From NCBI GenBank assembly GCA_050174015.1, contig JBFXKG010000006.1:157219-221218 (forward strand): a DNA stretch of 64,000 nucleotides. The letters are read 5' to 3'. The notes beneath the pieces are model-generated. The model did no database searches, had not been told where the DNA came from, and worked only from the letters and a program-made list of their open reading frames with translations. Shown here piece by piece: positions 58,474 through 64,000 of this stretch (positions are counted from its first letter, which is position 1; the number at the start of each line of letters is the position of its first letter). This DNA is from Candidatus Krumholzibacteriia bacterium (GTDB taxonomy: Bacteria > Krumholzibacteriota > Krumholzibacteriia > LZORAL124-64-63). The translations under genes were made by a program, and so were the position numbers.

Positions 58474-59892
58474 TCACGAGTTCCTGACGAAGTCGTAGCC
58501 CTTGCGGAAGGCTTCCATGTTCATCTCGATCAGGCTCTTCTTCTTGATCACCGAGCGCAGGGTCTCCAGGCAGAACTCCGGCGTGAAGGCGCCAGTCGCC
58601 GCGGCCAGGGCGCCCAGCACCACGACGTTGGCGATCTTGGGAGTGCCCACCTGGTCGGCGATCTGCGTCGCGGGAATCATCACGGCGTTGAGCCTCTTCC
58701 CGTCCGGCTTGCCCTCGACGATGGTCGTGTCGACGATGATCGTGCCGCCGTCCACGACCGAGTCCTCGAAGGCGTCGAGGGACGGCTGGTTCATGACGAC
58801 CAGCACGTTCGGCTCGTCGACGAGCGGGGAGCCGATCCGCCGGCTGGACAGGTTCACCGAGCAGTTGGCCGTCCCTCCGCGCATCTCCGGACCGTAGGCC
58901 GGGAACCAGCTGACCTGCTGGCCTGCCCGCATGCCGATCTGGGAGAGGAACAGCCCCAGGGTGAGGATGCCCTGGCCGCCGAAGCCCGCGAACTTGCAGT
59001 TGAGATCCTGCTTCAGGGCCACGGGCTCGCCCTCGGTCATGCTCGTCTTCAGGCGGTCGAGGTACGGGTTGACCTTGGCGGGGTCGAAGCCCTCGTAGCG
59101 GCGATGCCAGTCACCCTCCTCCCGGTTGCCGCTCTCGTCCCTGTAGACCCCGAGGGGGAAGACCTTCAGCATCTCCTCGGTCATCCAGTCGCGGGCGGTC
59201 ACCGGATCCATCTTCCATCCGGTCGGGCAGGGCGAGACGATCTCGACGAAGCTGTAGCCCTTGCCCTCGGCCTGGATCTGCAGGGCCTTGCGGACGGCCT
59301 TGCGGGCCTTCATGATCTGCTTGCTGTCCCCGATGCAGACCCGCTCGATGTAGGTCGGCGCCGGGAGCGTGGCCAGCATCTCGCACATGCGGATGGGATT
59401 GCCGTGGACCTCGGCGGCCCGGCCGAGGGGCGTGGTCGCGCTGCGCTGGCCGATCATCGTGGTCGGCGCCATCTGCCCGCCGGTCATCCCGTAGATGGCG
59501 TTGTTGATGAAGAACACCGTGATGTTCTCGCCCCGGTTGGCGGCATGGATGGTCTCGGCCGTGCCGATGGCGGCCAGGTCGCCGTCGCCCTGGTAGGAGA
59601 TGACGATGGAATCGGGATTGGCCCGCTTGACGCCGGTTGCGACCGCGGGCGCCCGGCCGTGGGCCGCCTGGATGTTCCCGCAGTCGAAGTAGTAGTAGGC
59701 GAACACCGAGCAGCCCACCGGGGAGATGAAAACCGTCCTCCTGGTGAGCCCGAGGTCCTCCAGGGCCTCGGCGATCATCTTGTGGGCGTTGCCGTGGCCG
59801 CAGCCGGGGCAGTAGTGGGTGGTCTCCTTGGCGGGCCCGCTCTTGCGTTCGAACACCTGGTAGAAGGAGGGCGACTTCTCGTAGACCTTCAT
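58474..59892 (-). CDS. 2-oxoacid:ferredoxin oxidoreductase, fused beta-gamma subunit (Vor-type)
   Basis: YCPGCGHG, PVGC, TPP motif GDGD...NN, SPCP; then GFGGQG, YGPEMRGG. Confidence 0.92.
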   Translation of the reverse strand: MKVYEKSPSFYQVFERKSGPAKETTHYCPGCGHGNAHKMIAEALEDLGLTRRTVFISPVGCSVFAYYYFDCGNIQAAHGRAPAVATGVKRANPDSIVISYQGDGDLAAIGTAETIHAANRGENITVFFINNAIYGMTGGQMAPTTMIGQRSATTPLGRAAEVHGNPIRMCEMLATLPAPTYIERVCIGDSKQIMKARKAVRKALQIQAEGKGYSFVEIVSPCPTGWKMDPVTARDWMTEEMLKVFPLGVYRDESGNREEGDWHRRYEGFDPAKVNPYLDRLKTSMTEGEPVALKQDLNCKFAGFGGQGILTLGLFLSQIGMRAGQQVSWFPAYGPEMRGGTANCSVNLSSRRIGSPLVDEPNVLVVMNQPSLDAFEDSVVDGGTIIVDTTIVEGKPDGKRLNAVMIPATQIADQVGTPKIANVVVLGALAAATGAFTPEFCLETLRSVIKKKSLIEMNMEAFRKGYDFVRNS

Positions 59893-59894
59893 GG

Positions 59895-60953
59895 CTAGTT
59901 GCCTCCTTCCATGATCTTGCGGTACTCGGCCAGAAGATCCTGGCCCTTGGGGACCATTCCGCCGCAGCGGCCGTAGAAGTGGACCGGGGTCCTGCCGGCG
60001 ACCGCGAGCTGGACGTCCTCGACCATCTGGCCGGTGGAGAGCTCCACAGCCAGGAAGGTGGCCCCGCGGGCGGCGTGGGCGGCGATGGGCGCGCTGGGGA
60101 AGGGCCACAGGGTGATGGGCCGCAGCAGGCCGATCTTCATCCCTTCCTCGCGGGCGGCGTCGATCGAGGAATACACGATGCGGCTGACCACGCCGTAGGC
60201 CACGACGACCAGGTCGGCGTCAGCGGTCCGGTACTCCTCGAACATGACCTCGTTGGCCATGACTTCCTTGTACTTGCGGTCGAGCTTGAGGTTGTGTTCC
60301 TCGAGATCGGTGGACTCGAGGAAGATGGAGCTGACCAGGTTGCCCGAGGTCTCGGGCGTGCCGGCCACGCACCAGCTCGAATGGTCCACCGCGAGCGGCT
60401 TGGCCTCGGGGATCTCCACCACTTCCATCATCTGACCGGTGATCCCGTCAGCCATGATGCAGGCCGGGTTGCGGTACTTGTCGGCCAGATCGAAGGCCTT
60501 CATGGTCAGATCGCACATCTCCTGGGCGCCGTTGGGCGCCAGGGCGATGAGGCGGTAGTTGCCGTGGCCGCCGCCCTTGGTGACCTGGAAGTAGTCCGCC
60601 TGCTCGGGCGCGATGTTGCCCAGGCCGGGGCCGCCGCGATCGATGTTCACCACCACGCAGGGCAATTCGGCTCCGGCGCAGTAGGACAGGCCTTCCTGCT
60701 TCAGGCTGAAGCCGGGACTGGAGGACGCCGTCATGGTGCGGATGCCCATGCCGGCGGTGCCGTAGACCATGTTGATGGCCGAGACTTCGCTTTCGGCCTG
60801 GATGAAGACGCCGCCCAGTGCGGGGAAGTGCAGGGCGGCGGCGTGGGCGATCTCGCTGGCGGGGGTGATGGGGTAACCGTAGTAGGCCCGACATCCTGCT
60901 GCAAGGGCCCCGACGATGATGGCATCGTTTCCCTTCATGAACTGCTTGGCCAT
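59895..60953 (-). CDS. vorB: 2-oxoacid:ferredoxin oxidoreductase alpha subunit (VorB-like)
   Basis: GYPITP, QAESE, SSSPG, RGGPGLG, GGGHG. Confidence 0.88.
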   Translation of the reverse strand: MAKQFMKGNDAIIVGALAAGCRAYYGYPITPASEIAHAAALHFPALGGVFIQAESEVSAINMVYGTAGMGIRTMTASSSPGFSLKQEGLSYCAGAELPCVVVNIDRGGPGLGNIAPEQADYFQVTKGGGHGNYRLIALAPNGAQEMCDLTMKAFDLADKYRNPACIMADGITGQMMEVVEIPEAKPLAVDHSSWCVAGTPETSGNLVSSIFLESTDLEEHNLKLDRKYKEVMANEVMFEEYRTADADLVVVAYGVVSRIVYSSIDAAREEGMKIGLLRPITLWPFPSAPIAAHAARGATFLAVELSTGQMVEDVQLAVAGRTPVHFYGRCGGMVPKGQDLLAEYRKIMEGGN

Positions 60954-61001
60954 GGATCATCTCCCGTCGGTTGGGTCCCGAAGTCGTTCTCCTGAAATAT
61001 C

Positions 61002-61232
61002 CTAGGGTTTGATCACCCGGATGGCCCCCGGTTCGGGGCAGGCGTAGAAACAGAGCCCGCAGCCGGTGCAATCCTGCCCCGTGTAGAACGCGGGATGGTA
61101 GCTGGCGCTGTTGAGCTTCTCGCTGATGGCGATGACGCTCTTGGGGCAGACCCCGATGCAGAGCTGGCATCCCTTGCAGAGTTCCGGGTTGACTTCCATG
61201 AAGGGGACGGCGACGGCGGTGTTGTCGGTCAT
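61002..61232 (-). CDS. 2[4Fe-4S] ferredoxin-like delta subunit
   Basis: [12 protein letters not shown] and [12 protein letters not shown]. Confidence 0.92.
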   Translation of the reverse strand: MTDNTAVAVPFMEVNPELCKGCQLCIGVCPKSVIAISEKLNSASYHPAFYTGQDCTGCGLCFYACPEPGAIRVIKP

Positions 61233-61404
61233 GGGAATCACCTCGCGCAGAGATTAGGCCCGGATTCATCCGATTTTTCCGGGTCGATGGGCTATATCCC
61301 TGCAAACATAACAGGTCACCCCAAGGGGCCCAAAAAAATGTTTCCCCCCGGGGCGACCCGTCGCGACGAAAATACAACTCGTTCAAAAACTTTGCGTTAA
61401 CCTG

Positions 61405-62187
61405 TCAGGAATCCCGGAATTCAGGTTTCCTTTTTTCCAGGAAGGCCCGGCAGCCCTCGCGGGCGTCCTGCGAGGCCCCCGCCACCCCGAACAGGGCCGC
61501 TTCCAGCCGGCATCCGCCCGCCTGGGTCATCTGGAGACCATCGCCGACCGCCTTCAAGGCAAGTCCCAGGGTGAGCCGTGATTTGCCGGCCAGGCGGCCC
61601 GCCGTCTTGAGGGCGGCCGGCATGAGCTCGGCGGCGGGAAACACCTTGTTGACCAGCCCCATGGCCAGGGCCTCATCCGCCGGGACCATGTCCCCGCCGA
61701 GGACGAGTTCCTGGGCCCGGCCCCGCCCCACCAACCGGGGCAGCCTCTGCGTGCCCCCGAAGCCCGGAATCAATCCCAGGCCGGTTTCCGGCAGGCCGAG
61801 CCTGGCGGTGTCCGCGGCGTAGCGGAAGGTGCAGGCCATGGCCAGCTCGCAGCCCCCACCCAGCGCGAAGCCGTTGATCACCCCGATCACCGGCTTGCCC
61901 AGGTTCTCGATGAGATCCATCAGGGCCTGGCCCCCGCCCGCCAGGGCCTCGGCGGCGCTCGCCGTCAGATCGGCCAGCTCGCCGATGTCGGCGCCGGCCA
62001 CGAAGGCCTTCTCCCCCGCCCCGGTCAGCAGCACGACCCGGACCTCGTCCGCGGCCGCCAGGTCCCGGAAGCAGGCGGTCAATTCCGCGATGGTCTGGCG
62101 GTTCAGGGCGTTGAGCTTGTCCGGACGGTTGACGGTCACCGTGGCGATCCCCTCGGCCACGGAGCACAGGATGTTCTGGTAACTCAT
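61405..62187 (-). CDS. Enoyl-CoA hydratase (crotonase)
   Basis: NRPDKLNAL, AFVAGADI, ALGGGCE, LPE..LG.IPGFGGTQRL. Confidence 0.93.
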   Translation of the reverse strand: MSYQNILCSVAEGIATVTVNRPDKLNALNRQTIAELTACFRDLAAADEVRVVLLTGAGEKAFVAGADIGELADLTASAAEALAGGGQALMDLIENLGKPVIGVINGFALGGGCELAMACTFRYAADTARLGLPETGLGLIPGFGGTQRLPRLVGRGRAQELVLGGDMVPADEALAMGLVNKVFPAAELMPAALKTAGRLAGKSRLTLGLALKAVGDGLQMTQAGGCRLEAALFGVAGASQDAREGCRAFLEKRKPEFRDS

Positions 62188-62344
62188 GGTCTCGTCCTTT
62201 CTTGGCGGATTTCCGGTCCGGCGGAGTATAGCCGATGGAGCCGGGGCCTCCAAGTCATCTTGGTAGCGGGAAGGCGGGTGGATGTGTTATCGTTACGTCA
62301 AGATCTCGTGACTTTTCCGTGTCCTTGCCCGGGGTGGTCGATCC

Positions 62345-63721
62345 TTGCTGATAATCGGACTGGTCCTCGCCTGCCTGATCCTGGCGGCTCTGGGCGGGTG
62401 GCAGCACCTGCTGGTGCGGCGTCAGCGGGCGAAGCAGGCCGGGCTCGAGAACCGGATCGCGGAGCTCAAGCTGGCCGAGGATCGTCTCCGCGAGCGGCTC
62501 GCCCAGGCGCAGCGGATGGAAGCCGTCGGCGTCTTCGCCGGCAGCATCATCCACAACCTGAACAACCTGCTGGCCGTGATCCTGGGCCATGCCAGGCTGG
62601 CGGCCCAGGGCGCCCCCGAAGAATCCCGGTGCCAGGACGAGCTGAACAAGGTCCTGAAAGCCGGCCATCTGGCCGGCGACCTGGTCAAGGACCTGAGCGA
62701 TTTCTTCCGGCAGGCCGACCTCGCCCGCAAACCCACCGATCTGCTGCCCGTCGTCCGCGACACGGTCAAGCTCATGCGGGACATCCTGCCGAGGACCATC
62801 GAGATCGAGACCGATCTCGAACCTTGCGGCCCCGTCCTGGCCTCCGCCACCGGCGTCCAGCAGGTGCTCATGAACCTGTGCAGCAACTCCGTCCAGGCGA
62901 TGCTGCGCAGCCAGGGCAGGATCTCCATTTCCTTGAAGGAAGAGGAGATCGGGGCGCGGCAGAAAGCCCTGCCCCAGGACCTGGAACCCGGCAGCTACGT
63001 CTGCTTGAGCGTCCGGGACAACGGCAGGGGCATGGATCCCGCGACCCTGGACCGCATCACCGCCGCCTATTACGGGGACGACCCTGCCGCAGGACAGGCC
63101 GGGCTCGGCCTCGCGACCGTCTGCCGGATCCTCAAGCACCACCACGGCGTGACTATCCCCAGCAGCAGCCCCGGGTCCGGAACGACCTTCACCCTCTACT
63201 TCCCCCTGATCGCCTGGTCCGTGCCCGCCTTCTCCGCTTCGCAGCCCGTGATCGAAGTTCCTGCGGTCGCCACGGCCAGCGAGCCCACGGTTCCTGCCAC
63301 CCGGGTCGCGGCCGTCGCCGGTCCCGGCGCCAGACCGGAAATCCGCGTCCTGCTGGTCGACGACGAGGAGATGGTCGCCGCCGTCATGGCCCGCGGCCTG
63401 CGGCATCTGGGCTTCAGCGTGATCAAGACCACCGACAGCAGGGAGGCCCTCCGGAAGTTCCAGGCCGGCCCGGAAGCCTACGACGTCCTGGTCACCGACC
63501 AGATCATGCCCCACATGTCCGGTGTGCGCCTGGCCAGGGAGATCCACGCCCTGAGGCCGGGATTGCCGATCATCCTGACCACCGGTTTCCGGGACAGCTT
63601 CCACGAGCGCCAGGCCCGTGAGGCGGGGGTCCACGAATTCATCCTGAAACCCTGCAGCCACCACGACATGGCCGACCTGATCACCCGGCTCACCCTGCGC
63701 GCCAAAGAGGGCGAGGCCTGA
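62345..63721 (+). CDS. Membrane-anchored hybrid histidine kinase/receiver with no evident sensor domain
   Basis: N-terminal TM, HNLNN H-box, NLCSN, DNGRG, GLGLA, C-terminal REC (VDDE, TDQIMP, KP). Confidence 0.85.
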   Translation: MLIIGLVLACLILAALGGWQHLLVRRQRAKQAGLENRIAELKLAEDRLRERLAQAQRMEAVGVFAGSIIHNLNNLLAVILGHARLAAQGAPEESRCQDELNKVLKAGHLAGDLVKDLSDFFRQADLARKPTDLLPVVRDTVKLMRDILPRTIEIETDLEPCGPVLASATGVQQVLMNLCSNSVQAMLRSQGRISISLKEEEIGARQKALPQDLEPGSYVCLSVRDNGRGMDPATLDRITAAYYGDDPAAGQAGLGLATVCRILKHHHGVTIPSSSPGSGTTFTLYFPLIAWSVPAFSASQPVIEVPAVATASEPTVPATRVAAVAGPGARPEIRVLLVDDEEMVAAVMARGLRHLGFSVIKTTDSREALRKFQAGPEAYDVLVTDQIMPHMSGVRLAREIHALRPGLPIILTTGFRDSFHERQAREAGVHEFILKPCSHHDMADLITRLTLRAKEGEA

Positions 63722-63876
63722 AAGGCCGTTCATCCGGGCCATTCGGCCTTTTCCGCATATCCGTTATCTGTTAAACTGCCCAGCCATCCCGTCGGTCCAG
63801 GCCCGGTGCCTCCGGCCCGCTGGACGTGCGGAGGACGGGGAACCCTGTCCATCATCAACCTTCGAAGGATCGCGCC

Positions 63877-64000
63877 ATGTCCGATGCCCCGGAGAAAAAG
63901 CTCGACCGCCTGAACGAACTGAGGAGCCAGGCCCTGGCCGGCGGCGGCCCCGAGAAGATCGCCAAGATCCACGAGAAGGGCCGACTGACCGCCCGTGAAC
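63877..64000 (+). CDS. Acyl-CoA carboxylase beta / carboxyltransferase subunit (5' part, cut by the window edge)
   Basis: MSDAPEKKLDRLNELRSQALAGGGPEKIAKIHEKGRLTARE matches the PccB-type N-terminus (GGG...H.KG.LTARE). Confidence 0.8.
   Translation, partial: MSDAPEKKLDRLNELRSQALAGGGPEKIAKIHEKGRLTARE

Overview
GC-rich chromosomal region of a bacterium, inferred to be FCB-group (Krumholzibacteriota/Latescibacterota-like) from a Bat operon, a FlgD-Ig C-terminal secretion domain and a C-terminal WGxLKA motif. Most of the window is housekeeping: rlmN, mutY, an acyl-CoA ligase, rfbB, tdk, queD, a moxR-DUF58-bat operon, nadA-iscS, pepF, purA, tig-clpP-clpX-lon-engB, tRNA-Lys(TTT), tRNA-Leu(TAG), and a vor/ald/CoA-transferase/crotonase cluster. 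No mobile element or CRISPR array is visible. The most unusual part is 1-4260 on the minus strand. A gene for a small secreted acidic Gly/Ser/Asp-rich peptide precedes a 1040-aa TPR-GAF-AAA+-HTH sigma54 activator. Directly downstream are an AT-rich region with IHF-like sites, a -24/-12 sigma54 promoter, and an unannotated ~325-nt multi-branched structured RNA ending in an intrinsic terminator. This is a candidate peptide-sensing sigma54 system whose output is an ncRNA. Other points of note: two near-identical sigma28 promoters (orphan flagellin and an HDOD-PP2C phosphatase), a temptin-like mono-heme protein, an alanine dehydrogenase homolog lacking its active-site lysine, and a degenerate hybrid kinase. 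All calls come from reading motifs by eye; no database searches were run.
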